Origin: an uncultured Ignavibacteria bacterium | GTDB taxonomy: Bacteria; Zixibacteria; MSB-5A5; CAIYYT01 | DNA: 64,000 nt | Assembly: GCA_964592145.1 (NCBI GenBank) | Contig: CAZQBX010000002.1 | Location: forward strand, 33,634 to 97,633 | Direction: 5' to 3' | Shown here: piece by piece, positions 28,612 through 37,513 of the stretch | How positions within the stretch are numbered: the first letter of the stretch is position 1 | How the letters are laid out: each line of letters opens with the position of its first letter | Notes under the pieces: model-generated | Database searches by the model: none | Told to the model about the DNA's origin: nothing | What the model saw: the letters and a program-made list of their open reading frames with translations, nothing else | Position numbers and translations under genes: made by a program

Positions 28612-29634
28612 TTGTCGATACTGTTCTTGATGCTCTCGCAATCGGAACATTTGCTGAAAAAGCGACAGGAGGCTGGACAACCGGCCTTTATCCCGATTCA
28701 TGTCGAGTCGCTGCGAATCGACAAGGTGTTGGGATTTGATATTTACATCTATGTCGGGCGGGAGCTGGTGCTTTATCGCTCCCAAACGCTCCCCTTCACC
28801 AACGAGAACCTCGAGCGTCTCCGGGAAAACAATGTTCAGCAGATCTATATCGCTCATGATTCGAAGGCGGCTTATCAACGATATATTGAAGAAAACTTGT
28901 CGGATATTCTCACCGATCCGAAAATCGAAGAGGTCAAGAAAGCCGAAATTCTTTACGACACTTCGAAGGCGTTGATCAAGGACGTACTCGCCAATCCAAC
29001 TTATTCAGAGAACATCAAGCGAAGCCAGGATTTGGTGGAGAACACGATCGACTACATTCTCAAGGGACGCGAGGCATTCTTGAGTCTGATGAAGATCACT
29101 TCATTCAACTACTACACTTATACGCACTCGGTGAATGTCGCCACTTTCTCGTTGGCGCTGGCGCGTCAGCTTGGTATCAATGACCGCGACCAACTTATGG
29201 TACTTGGCACCGGAGCTCTGTTGCATGATGTCGGCAAGAGCAAGGTGCCCGAGCGGATACTGACGAAGCGCACTTCGCTTAATCGCTCGGAATTTGAAAT
29301 CATGAAGAAGCACCCCGGCTGGGGCGGAGAAATTCTGCGGGAAACCGACATGATCCACGAGGAATCGTATTATCCGGTACTACATCATCACGAGCGCATG
29401 GACGGATCAGGTTACCCGCACGGCCTGGTGGAAGCGGATATGCATCCCTACAGCCGAATAGTGGCAATCGCCGATGTATTTGATGCACTGACGACGGAAC
29501 GAGTGTACCAATCGGCGATAGAGACGTTTTCAGCTTTGAAGTTGATGCATGGAATGAAAAATAACTTTGACCCGCAGTTGCTCCGCGAGTTCACAGTATT
29601 AATGGGACCGAACAGTCCCGGCGTGCGCTATTAA
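28612..29634 (+). CDS. HD-GYP domain phosphodiesterase (c-di-GMP-type)
   Basis: HSVNVA...LHDVGK...HHERMDGSGYPHGL (HD and GYP motifs); the N-terminal roughly 130 aa are an unassigned domain. Confidence 0.85.
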   Translation: MSILFLMLSQSEHLLKKRQEAGQPAFIPIHVESLRIDKVLGFDIYIYVGRELVLYRSQTLPFTNENLERLRENNVQQIYIAHDSKAAYQRYIEENLSDILTDPKIEEVKKAEILYDTSKALIKDVLANPTYSENIKRSQDLVENTIDYILKGREAFLSLMKITSFNYYTYTHSVNVATFSLALARQLGINDRDQLMVLGTGALLHDVGKSKVPERILTKRTSLNRSEFEIMKKHPGWGGEILRETDMIHEESYYPVLHHHERMDGSGYPHGLVEADMHPYSRIVAIADVFDALTTERVYQSAIETFSALKLMHGMKNNFDPQLLREFTVLMGPNSPGVRY

Positions 29635-29688
29635 TCTAACGCACTTACTATTTCGCAGTATTCACTCAATCGAAGATCGGTTGTTCCG

Positions 29689-32600
29689 CTAAAGCTCTTT
29701 GCCGCGCTTGAGGCGATATTCGGCCACAAGGCTGTGCATGACCGGAACCGTCAGAACTGTAATGAGCGCAATGGTCATGCCGCCAAACGACGGGATTGCC
29801 ATGGGGATCATGACGTCAGATCCTTTGCCGGATGAAGTGAGAACAGGAATCAACGCTAATAGCGTGGTGGCGACAGTCATCAGCGCGGGACGAATTCGAA
29901 TAGAGCCGGCTTGTATGATAGCTTCTTTGATTTCCACGGCGGTTGCCGGTTTCTTCTCGGTAAAGACTTGCTTGATGTACGTTGAAATCAATACACCATC
30001 GTCAGTCGCTACTCCGAACAGCGCCAGAAAGCCAACCCAGACGGCAACGGAGAGATTGTACATCTTAATATTGTAAAGCTCGCGGACATTTTCGCCAAAA
30101 AGGGAGAAGTTAAGAAACCAGTCCTGTCCGTAAAACCACATCATCAAGAACCCACCTGACCAAGCCACGAAGATGCCGGTGAAGACCAACATTGTTACCG
30201 GCACATCGCGGAACTGGAAGTAGATCAGCATAAAGATGATAAAGAGCGCAAGCGGGATGACGATTCTCAGCGTCTTCTCAGAGCGGATTTGATTTTCATA
30301 ACTGCCGGCAAAACTGTAACTCACACCGGCCGGTATGACAAACTCGCCGGACGCGATTTTTTCTTTCAGGAACTGATCGGCTTCCTCGACCACATCAACT
30401 TCGGCGCGACCCGGTTTCTTGTCAAAGATAACGTAGCCGGTAAGGAAAGTATCCTCGGATCGGATCATCATTGGTCCGCGAACGTAGTTGATTCGCGCCA
30501 GTTCGATCAGCGGAATTTGCTTGCCGTCCGAAGTTGGGACCAGGACGCGTGCTATATCTTCGATGGAATTGCGCAACTCCCGCTGATAACGCACGCGGAC
30601 CGGATATCGTTCACGGCCTTCGACAGTAGTGGTTATCGGCATGCCGCCGAGCGCGACTTCGATCACATCCTGTACATCGCGAATAGATAATCCATAGCGC
30701 GCAATGGCTTCGCGATCGATCTCAATCTCGAGATACGGATTGCCAACGATACGGTCAGCAACAACTGTTGCCGGTTCGACCGAGCCGACCTCCTTGAGCA
30801 GTCTTTCAACTTCCAGGCCCACGGCATCGACTGTTTCGAGATTCGGTCCTTTGATCTTCACGCCCATCGGCGCCCGCATTCCCGATTGCAGCATGACGAT
30901 TCGCGCCGCAATCGGCTGCAGCTTTGGCGCCGAAGTCACGCCAACAACCTTCCCGGCCTTGACGAGTTCTTCCCAAATATCATTGGCCGATCGAATATGA
31001 TCCCGCCATTGCCTGAACGGTTTGCCGTCCTCATCTGGAATCAGTCTGCCATTCTGATCGCGGACGAATGCGTTTGAGTCATCATCGAATCGGAACTTCA
31101 GGCGATTGCCGTCAGTATCGCTGATGTATTCGGATTTGTAGCTGATCACCGTCTCAATCATGGAGGTAGGCGCCGGGTCGAGTGACGACTCGACACGACC
31201 GAGCTTGCCGACGACAGATTCAATTTCGGGAACACTTTCGAAAGCTTTATCTTGAAGTTGGAGTATGCTTAAAGCCTCATCGATAGAAGCATGCGGCATC
31301 GTGGTCGGCATGTAGAGGAACGAGCCTTCATCGAGATCCGGCATGAATTCTTTGCCTGTACCGGGGAAAGCATGATTAAGCGCCACATACGGCGATGACG
31401 AGCGGATGAAGTTCGGCAGAAAACCAAAAATCGAATCAAAACCGAGCCACACCACGAAACCGATCGATACCAATCCCACCGGCATTGAGAGAAACAACAA
31501 TCGGTTATTCAGGCACCAGCGCAACACCGGCTGATAGACATGGATGAATAATTGAAATAGTGCCAGGATACCGCCGATGACAAACACGACGAAAATGAAA
31601 TTCAGCAATTCGCCCCTGCCAACACCCAATGGCATCCAGTGTTTAGTGAGAATTGAAGCGACAAATAAGGCGAGCGCGTAGTTGATGTAGCGCGGCATAT
31701 TCCGCTGAAGTGAATCGGAAAGCATCGGCTTGGCAATCATATAAGCAGCAATTGCCAAGAGCATGAGACCGGCCAGCCACAATGACCAGACAGCAATCAG
31801 GATGACGCCGGCGATGCCGAGGCCGACGGGTATTAGTCGTGAACTGCGTTTTTCCTTGCCTGGATTACTGAACATCATGTGTGCCAGAGCCGGGACGATC
31901 GTCAGTGCAACAATGACTGACGCAACCAGGGCAAAGGTTTTGGTATATGCCAGCGGCTTAAACATCTTGCCTTCGGCAGCTATCATGGTAAACACCGGCA
32001 AGAACGAAACTACTGTGGTGGCGATGGTAGTGAGTACCGCCGAGCCGACTTCCGAGGTGGCTGTAAAGATAATATCGCGGCGTGAGGTACCGGGCGGCGC
32101 TTTATCAAAGTGTCGCAGGATGTTCTCACAGATGACAATGCCCATATCCACAATGTCGCCGATGGCGATCGCAATTCCGGCGAGGGCCATGACATTGGCG
32201 TCGACGCCGAACATCTTCATCCCGATAAACGAGCCAAAGACTGCGACCGGGAGGAGCCCCGATATCAGCAATGAGCTGCGCAAGTGCATTACCATGACGA
32301 GGACGACGATGATCGTGACGATAATCTCATCGACAATTGCGGAGTTAAGTGTTCCGAGTGTCTCATAGATGAGGCCAGTACGATCATAGAACGGAACGAT
32401 GGTAACCTTCGAGACAGTGCCGTCGGCCAAGGTCTTCTGCGGCAGTCCGGCCGAGAGTTCAGCGATCTTGAGTTTGACATTCTTAATCGTCGCCAGCGGG
32501 TTCTGCCCGAATCGCGCCACAACCACGCCCCCGACGACTTCGGCACCGCCTTTGTCAAGCGCCCCACGCCGCATCGCCGGACCGAGCGTAACGGTGGCGA

Positions 32601-33477
32601 CATCTTTGAGCCGGACAGGCAGGTTGTTAGTTTGCTTGATTACCGAATTCTCGAGATCGGTGACGCTCTTTAGGAAACCAACGCCACGAATGGTGTATTC
32701 GACATTGTTGATCTCAATGGTGCCGGCACCGACATCAATGTTGGATTTGCGGACAGCCTCAAAGACGTCCTCAAGCATCACGTCGAAGGCGCGTAATGCG
32801 CTGGGGTTGACATCTACCTGATACTCTTTGACGAACCCGCCAATTGAAGCAACTTCGGCAACGCCTTCTGCAGATTGCAGAGAATAGCGAACTGTCCAAT
32901 CTTGAATCGACCTAAGCTCCTGCAAGTCCCAGCCGCCGGTCGCGTTGCCGGACGGGTCGCGTCCTTCCAGCGTATACCAGAAGACTTGTCCCAGCGCGGT
33001 CGCATCCGGACCGAGGGCGGGCTTTACACCTGGCGGGAGAACTTCCGCCGGAAGCGCATTCAGCTTCTCGAGAATTCGTGTCCGCGACCAGTAGAACTCG
33101 ACGTCATCGGTGAAGATTATGTAGATCGTGGAGAACCCGAGGTAGGAGTAGCTACGAATCGTCTTAACGCCGGGAAGCCCTAACAGCGCCGAGGTCAGTG
33201 GATAAGTAATCTGATTTTCGATATCCTGCGCCGAACGGCCGTCCCATTCGGTGAAGACGATTTGTTGATTTTCGCCGATATCGGGAATCGCGTCGACGCC
33301 GACCGGGTCGCGAGGAAGAAAGTCAATGTCCCAGTCAAACGGCGCAACCATCGTGCCCCAAACGAGTACCGCCAGGGTCATCAGCAAGACGACCAGTTTG
33401 TTGTCGAGACAGAACGCGATGATGCGGTCGATCATTGACATTCTTGATGGATCAGGGATTTGATATCGGTTACTCAT
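29689..33477 (-). CDS. cusA: HME-RND heavy-metal efflux pump, CusA/CzcA family (1262 aa)
   Basis: 12-TM RND layout, family motifs (AIGDIVDMGIV, GIAIAIGD-like), ATGA-adjacent to cusB. Confidence 0.9.
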   Translation of the reverse strand: MSNRYQIPDPSRMSMIDRIIAFCLDNKLVVLLMTLAVLVWGTMVAPFDWDIDFLPRDPVGVDAIPDIGENQQIVFTEWDGRSAQDIENQITYPLTSALLGLPGVKTIRSYSYLGFSTIYIIFTDDVEFYWSRTRILEKLNALPAEVLPPGVKPALGPDATALGQVFWYTLEGRDPSGNATGGWDLQELRSIQDWTVRYSLQSAEGVAEVASIGGFVKEYQVDVNPSALRAFDVMLEDVFEAVRKSNIDVGAGTIEINNVEYTIRGVGFLKSVTDLENSVIKQTNNLPVRLKDVATVTLGPAMRRGALDKGGAEVVGGVVVARFGQNPLATIKNVKLKIAELSAGLPQKTLADGTVSKVTIVPFYDRTGLIYETLGTLNSAIVDEIIVTIIVVLVMVMHLRSSLLISGLLPVAVFGSFIGMKMFGVDANVMALAGIAIAIGDIVDMGIVICENILRHFDKAPPGTSRRDIIFTATSEVGSAVLTTIATTVVSFLPVFTMIAAEGKMFKPLAYTKTFALVASVIVALTIVPALAHMMFSNPGKEKRSSRLIPVGLGIAGVILIAVWSLWLAGLMLLAIAAYMIAKPMLSDSLQRNMPRYINYALALFVASILTKHWMPLGVGRGELLNFIFVVFVIGGILALFQLFIHVYQPVLRWCLNNRLLFLSMPVGLVSIGFVVWLGFDSIFGFLPNFIRSSSPYVALNHAFPGTGKEFMPDLDEGSFLYMPTTMPHASIDEALSILQLQDKAFESVPEIESVVGKLGRVESSLDPAPTSMIETVISYKSEYISDTDGNRLKFRFDDDSNAFVRDQNGRLIPDEDGKPFRQWRDHIRSANDIWEELVKAGKVVGVTSAPKLQPIAARIVMLQSGMRAPMGVKIKGPNLETVDAVGLEVERLLKEVGSVEPATVVADRIVGNPYLEIEIDREAIARYGLSIRDVQDVIEVALGGMPITTTVEGRERYPVRVRYQRELRNSIEDIARVLVPTSDGKQIPLIELARINYVRGPMMIRSEDTFLTGYVIFDKKPGRAEVDVVEEADQFLKEKIASGEFVIPAGVSYSFAGSYENQIRSEKTLRIVIPLALFIIFMLIYFQFRDVPVTMLVFTGIFVAWSGGFLMMWFYGQDWFLNFSLFGENVRELYNIKMYNLSVAVWVGFLALFGVATDDGVLISTYIKQVFTEKKPATAVEIKEAIIQAGSIRIRPALMTVATTLLALIPVLTSSGKGSDVMIPMAIPSFGGMTIALITVLTVPVMHSLVAEYRLKRGKEL

Positions 33478-33480
33478 CGA

Positions 33481-35331
33481 TTAATTCACTGCCTCGAGCG
33501 TCTCTTTGATCTCGCCACAACGCAACATCATTGCGCCATAGAACGAATTGTAAACCGTGTCGACCGTTTGCAGCCAATAGGCGCCTTTGTTATCGCGCGC
33601 CATCGGACAGAACGTCAGGTAGTAATTCATGCCACTGCCGTGACCGAATGCACTCTCAAGCTCAATAATTGCTTTGGAGAGATGGAAGAAGGCGTCGCGC
33701 GCTCCTTCTAAGTCCGTGGCAACGGCGGCCTTCTCGGAATTCTTCTGCATCTGCTGTGCCAATTCCATCCAGCGACTATGTGCGGAGCCGGAGAAAAGGG
33801 ACATATCCACGTTACCAATAGTTTTGGCAAGTTGGGCGGCTGATTGTTGAGAGGCTATGACATCGTCCGCCGCCAACGCCATTTGGAACTTGAAATAATC
33901 ATTGTAGAGCGGAGTCAAGGCATCCCGAGCGGTCTCGGAAACCGCAAGTGTCTCGTTCGTTGATGAGGATCCTTTTGTTGCGGAACTGTGCTCATGCGAT
34001 GCCGGTGCGGCGCCGCCTTCGGGTGACATCATGCTTGGCTTCGCCTGAATCTGCAGTTCGCTGTCGATCTTGAAGGCACCGTTAGTGACGACCATGTCGC
34101 CCTCGACCAGTCCGTCAAGCACGACATAGTGATCGTCGATCCGGGAACCGAGCGTTATCTCGCGACCTTCAAACAAGGGACCGTCTTCGCTGGGAAGCTG
34201 CAGATAAACTACTGCCCGTTTGCCGGTGAAAAGGACAGCGGAGGCCGGCACGAGGAGTGAATTATCGGCTCCGCCGGCGCGTGTATCGACCGCAGACTTT
34301 GCCGTAGCCGTGACAAACATGTCGGGCTTTAGCCGCCCGCGGGCATTATCGACAACTGTACGCACTTGAACAGTGCGAGTCATCGGGTCGACTGTCGGGT
34401 TGATGAAACTAACCTTAGCAGCAAACTCCTCGCCTGGGATCGACTGTGAGTTAAACTTGATTTCATCGCCGATCTTGATGAGCGCCAGATCCGATTCGTA
34501 AGCTTCGAACACCGCCCATAGCTTCGAGAGGTCAGCAATTCGGAATAAGTCCATTCCGGTTTCGACGTACTGCCCTTCGACTACCATCTTCTCAACAACA
34601 GTCCCGCCATCGGGAGCGACCACCGAGATATGATCAGCGACGTCAGTCTGCGATTCAATACTTGCGATTTGTTCATCACTGAAACCAAGGAGTCGCAGTT
34701 TCTCAATGGCGGCGCGAACAGTTGCCTCGGAAGTGCTCTTCAGGATTTCGCTGTTTGATTCAGCCACACTCTGGAGTGACACCCTGGCTGCGATGAGCTC
34801 CTTCTGTGCGGACAGGAGTTCAGGCGAATAGAGTTCAAGCATTTTTTCGCCGCGCCTGACGGGCTGACCTGTTGTGTTGATGTATAGCCGGTCGATACGT
34901 CCACCGATCCGGGCGGTTATACGGGAGAGTTTTGTCTCATCGGCTGACAGTTTGCCGTAGAGTCGCAATTCGCTTTGTGCGGCACCTCGCGTAACCGGCG
35001 AAGTCGAGATTTGTGCAAGTTGTTTGGATGACTCGGACATCCGCAGTTGACGCGGACCGAGGTCTTCCGCGCCATCGGTCGTAAGTGGAATCAGATCCAT
35101 GAAGCAAATCGGACACTTGCCTTCTTTGGGTAGCTTGATCTGCGGATGCATCGAGCAAGTCCAGACCTGTGGCCCATTCGACGTTTCGCCTGACGCGCCA
35201 ATTTCTGGCGAAGTTGATTTTCCGCCGGAAAGGAGTGCACCGAGGGTGAAGGCGACAATCGTCACGGCGGCGATCGCTATCCAGAATGCCGGTTGTCTCA
35301 TCAGACCATTGCGATTGTTGAATTCATTCAT
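33481..35331 (-). CDS. cusB: RND efflux membrane-fusion protein (CusB-like) with N-terminal metal-binding motif and C-terminal DUF3347-like extension
   Basis: WTCSMHPQIKLPKEGKCPICFMDL (CusB/SilB N-terminal metal site), HlyD-like beta-barrel/lipoyl core, and a roughly 180-aa helical C-terminal tail. Confidence 0.85.
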   Translation of the reverse strand: MNEFNNRNGLMRQPAFWIAIAAVTIVAFTLGALLSGGKSTSPEIGASGETSNGPQVWTCSMHPQIKLPKEGKCPICFMDLIPLTTDGAEDLGPRQLRMSESSKQLAQISTSPVTRGAAQSELRLYGKLSADETKLSRITARIGGRIDRLYINTTGQPVRRGEKMLELYSPELLSAQKELIAARVSLQSVAESNSEILKSTSEATVRAAIEKLRLLGFSDEQIASIESQTDVADHISVVAPDGGTVVEKMVVEGQYVETGMDLFRIADLSKLWAVFEAYESDLALIKIGDEIKFNSQSIPGEEFAAKVSFINPTVDPMTRTVQVRTVVDNARGRLKPDMFVTATAKSAVDTRAGGADNSLLVPASAVLFTGKRAVVYLQLPSEDGPLFEGREITLGSRIDDHYVVLDGLVEGDMVVTNGAFKIDSELQIQAKPSMMSPEGGAAPASHEHSSATKGSSSTNETLAVSETARDALTPLYNDYFKFQMALAADDVIASQQSAAQLAKTIGNVDMSLFSGSAHSRWMELAQQMQKNSEKAAVATDLEGARDAFFHLSKAIIELESAFGHGSGMNYYLTFCPMARDNKGAYWLQTVDTVYNSFYGAMMLRCGEIKETLEAVN

Positions 35332-35416
35332 GACTCTCGGGCTCCTTGTGATTTACTTAGTCGTTTCGCGCTGCAGGCGGTATCGTGCTGTACCGCCCGT
35401 AGCGCAAGACTAACGA

Positions 35417-35917
35417 TTATCCGTGGTTGTGACCTTCGTGGCCGGTTGGTTCCTTCTTCTCCTCTTTCGGAGCCGGCTTCTGCTCGTCGAGTTTCTTTAA
35501 GTACTTCTGTGCATCCTTCGGAAACATGCTCTTGCACTTATTGCAGCAGAAGTAAACACGACGGCCTTCAAAATCACTGAAGACGGTTTTGTCTTCGAGT
35601 GTTTCACCCGAGACCGGGCAAGCAGTCTGAATATTCTGGAACAGCACACCTTCGGCTGCGGCTTTCCTGAAGTACTTATCCGGTTCGGCTTTCAACTTGG
35701 CGATGCACATCGGGCAACAGTGGTAGACACGTTGCCCCTGAATGTCGGTATAAACAGTCGAATCGATCTTGCCGCCCATTACCGGACAGTGGGTTTGATT
35801 CTTCAACTCCTTGGGAGCGTCTTTCTTTGCATCGCTCTTGGATTCCTGGCCGAATGCCGCCATCGCGGCGACAACAGTCAGCGCGATGATTGCGAACATG
35901 ATTTTGCGTAACTTCAT
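35417..35917 (-). CDS. periplasmic tandem YHS/TRASH-domain metal-binding protein with His-rich tail
   Basis: Signal peptide; two HCPVMGGKI...YHCCPMC / CPVSGE...YFCCNKC YHS-like units; C-terminal HEGHNHG. Confidence 0.75.
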   Translation of the reverse strand: MKLRKIMFAIIALTVVAAMAAFGQESKSDAKKDAPKELKNQTHCPVMGGKIDSTVYTDIQGQRVYHCCPMCIAKLKAEPDKYFRKAAAEGVLFQNIQTACPVSGETLEDKTVFSDFEGRRVYFCCNKCKSMFPKDAQKYLKKLDEQKPAPKEEKKEPTGHEGHNHG

Positions 35918-35933
35918 TTTGTTCCTCCGTAGA

Positions 35934-37283
35934 TTATTTATTGGTTGTTGGACTGCTTAGTAACGTTCCAGTGATCATTTCCAATTGTGCCAGACGGGCA
36001 GCGGCGTCTACCTTGGCGCGTTCTGCAGTGAGTTCGAAATCGAACAATTGTCGCTGGGCGTCGAGCAACATCAGGAAGTCAGTCTGTCCCGACTGGTAGG
36101 ATGTGAACGAGACGTTGAGCGATTCTTTCGCCTTAGGGATGAGTCCGTTGCGATATAGACGAAGTTTTCGCAGAGCGTCGGCATACTCGAAATTCGTCAT
36201 CGCAATCATTGAGGCGACGTCATTACGCTCTTCCTGATACATGTACTCGCTCATTCTGACTCGCGAACGCGCGGCATCGCGCATGGCACGGTTCTTGCCG
36301 AACCATATTGGCAAGGAAACCTGGACCGTCAACATGTACTCGTTCATGGTCTCCTTCTCAAGCGTCATATTATCAAGAAGTGTCGAGCGCTCGTATTCAA
36401 TACCAAACATCAATTCCGGCCAGGTCATCTTCTTGACCACCGAAACTTCCGCCCGCTGTGACTCGATTTGTTTAGATATGGATGCCAGATTAGGACTCGC
36501 GACTTCCGCAACTGCAACGAGTGAGTCGGTGGAGAGTGACAATTCCGGAACTGAAAAATCACTTGGCCATGGCAGGCTGGTTCCAGACGGCAGATTGAGC
36601 AGGGCCAATAAACGGGACTGGGCCGGCCGAAGCATCTGCTCCATGCTCCGTATCATCTCCTCCATTTGTCCCAACTCGATTTGTGCCTTGATGAGATCGG
36701 GATGCATTGCCACTCCGGCTTGATAACGGGTTCGAATGACATTTTCGAACTGGCGCATCAACTCGAAGCTCTCTTGCGTCAGGGCAAGCTGTCGTGCGGA
36801 GAGGTAGTAGTCATAGTAGGCGGACTTGACTTGATAGATGGTGCGGAGTTTTTCAGCGAGATAGGACTGATAGTCTGCATCCGAAGTTAAAGCCGCTGCG
36901 TTCTTCTTTGCACCCAAGGTGCCAAACCAAGGGAATGGCTGCATGAGTGCAAATTTCTGGCGGTCAGGCCCTACCGGATCGGAAAACTTCGTGTAACCAT
37001 AAGAGTAACTCAAAAGGGGATTGTCGAGCGCGCCGGCAGAACCCTTCATTGCAGTAGACTCTTGCCACTTCTCGAAGGCTGACTTGATCCCGCTACGATT
37101 ACTGAGTGCCAGATCAATGTAGGTCTGCAATGTGGCATTGGAGTCAATCGCGGTTAAATAGGAGCCAGAGGAAGAGCTGCCGACTGTCAATGGCTGTCCA
37201 TTCAGCAGTGCCGGTCTCGCAATAAATGCCAACAGAACTATGGCGATTAGTTTCTTCACAGGCTTCGTTACATCAAGTATCAT
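35934..37283 (-). CDS. cusC: TolC-family outer-membrane efflux protein (CusC-like)
   Basis: OEP-family tandem repeats, signal peptide, first gene of the efflux operon. Confidence 0.85.
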   Translation of the reverse strand: MILDVTKPVKKLIAIVLLAFIARPALLNGQPLTVGSSSSGSYLTAIDSNATLQTYIDLALSNRSGIKSAFEKWQESTAMKGSAGALDNPLLSYSYGYTKFSDPVGPDRQKFALMQPFPWFGTLGAKKNAAALTSDADYQSYLAEKLRTIYQVKSAYYDYYLSARQLALTQESFELMRQFENVIRTRYQAGVAMHPDLIKAQIELGQMEEMIRSMEQMLRPAQSRLLALLNLPSGTSLPWPSDFSVPELSLSTDSLVAVAEVASPNLASISKQIESQRAEVSVVKKMTWPELMFGIEYERSTLLDNMTLEKETMNEYMLTVQVSLPIWFGKNRAMRDAARSRVRMSEYMYQEERNDVASMIAMTNFEYADALRKLRLYRNGLIPKAKESLNVSFTSYQSGQTDFLMLLDAQRQLFDFELTAERAKVDAAARLAQLEMITGTLLSSPTTNK

Positions 37284-37315
37284 GCCATCGCTCGTAACTT
37301 ATTGTTTATCATTGT

Positions 37316-37321
37316 ATTATA
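37316..37321 (-). promoter_or_regulatory. candidate -10 box (TATAAT on the minus strand) for the cusC operon
   Basis: The minus strand reads ctgTATAATacaatg about 35 nt upstream of the cusC ATG. No good -35 lies at 17 bp; the palindrome below covers that position. Confidence 0.35.
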
Positions 37322-37353
37322 CAGAATAGTACGCGCTGTGATTGTTTCAAGAT

Positions 37354-37387
37354 GGAGAATATTCTACATTGTTGTAGAATATTCTCC
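37354..37387. promoter_or_regulatory. perfect 15-bp inverted repeat (operator or enhancer-binding-protein site) in the divergent cusC / two-component intergenic region
   Basis: GGAGAATATTCTACA-ttgt-TGTAGAATATTCTCC; each arm contains the self-palindromic 10-mer AGAATATTCT. Confidence 0.7.
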
Positions 37388-37487
37388 AATCGAGAGTGTT
37401 AGAGATCGTACAATGAGGGTGGCTGTTTTGGCCGTTGTCCATATGCAACTTGACCTTGGGAGTGTTGTTGCACAAGGCATTCGCCAG

Positions 37488-37503
37488 TGGCATCGGGATT
37501 GCT
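37488..37503 (+). promoter_or_regulatory. sigma-54 (-24/-12) promoter motif upstream of the histidine kinase / sigma-54 activator operon
   Basis: TGGCAT-cggga-TTGCT: GG at 37489-90 and GC at 37501-02 with exactly 10 nt between them, flanked by consensus T residues. It lies about 120 bp downstream of the palindrome. Confidence 0.55.
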
Positions 37504-37513
37504 GTATAGATTG

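Noticed and set aside
30289-33183. Plus-strand ORFs of 98-201 aa inside cusA
   Set aside because: They are antisense to a well-supported 1262-aa RND pump gene and have Thr/Ser/Ala-rich low-complexity translations.
37284-37353. Sigma-54 -24/-12 motif on the minus strand upstream of cusC
   Set aside because: No GG-N10-GC arrangement with the correct flanks was found on the minus strand. The only good sigma-54 match in the intergenic region is on the plus strand at 37488-37503.
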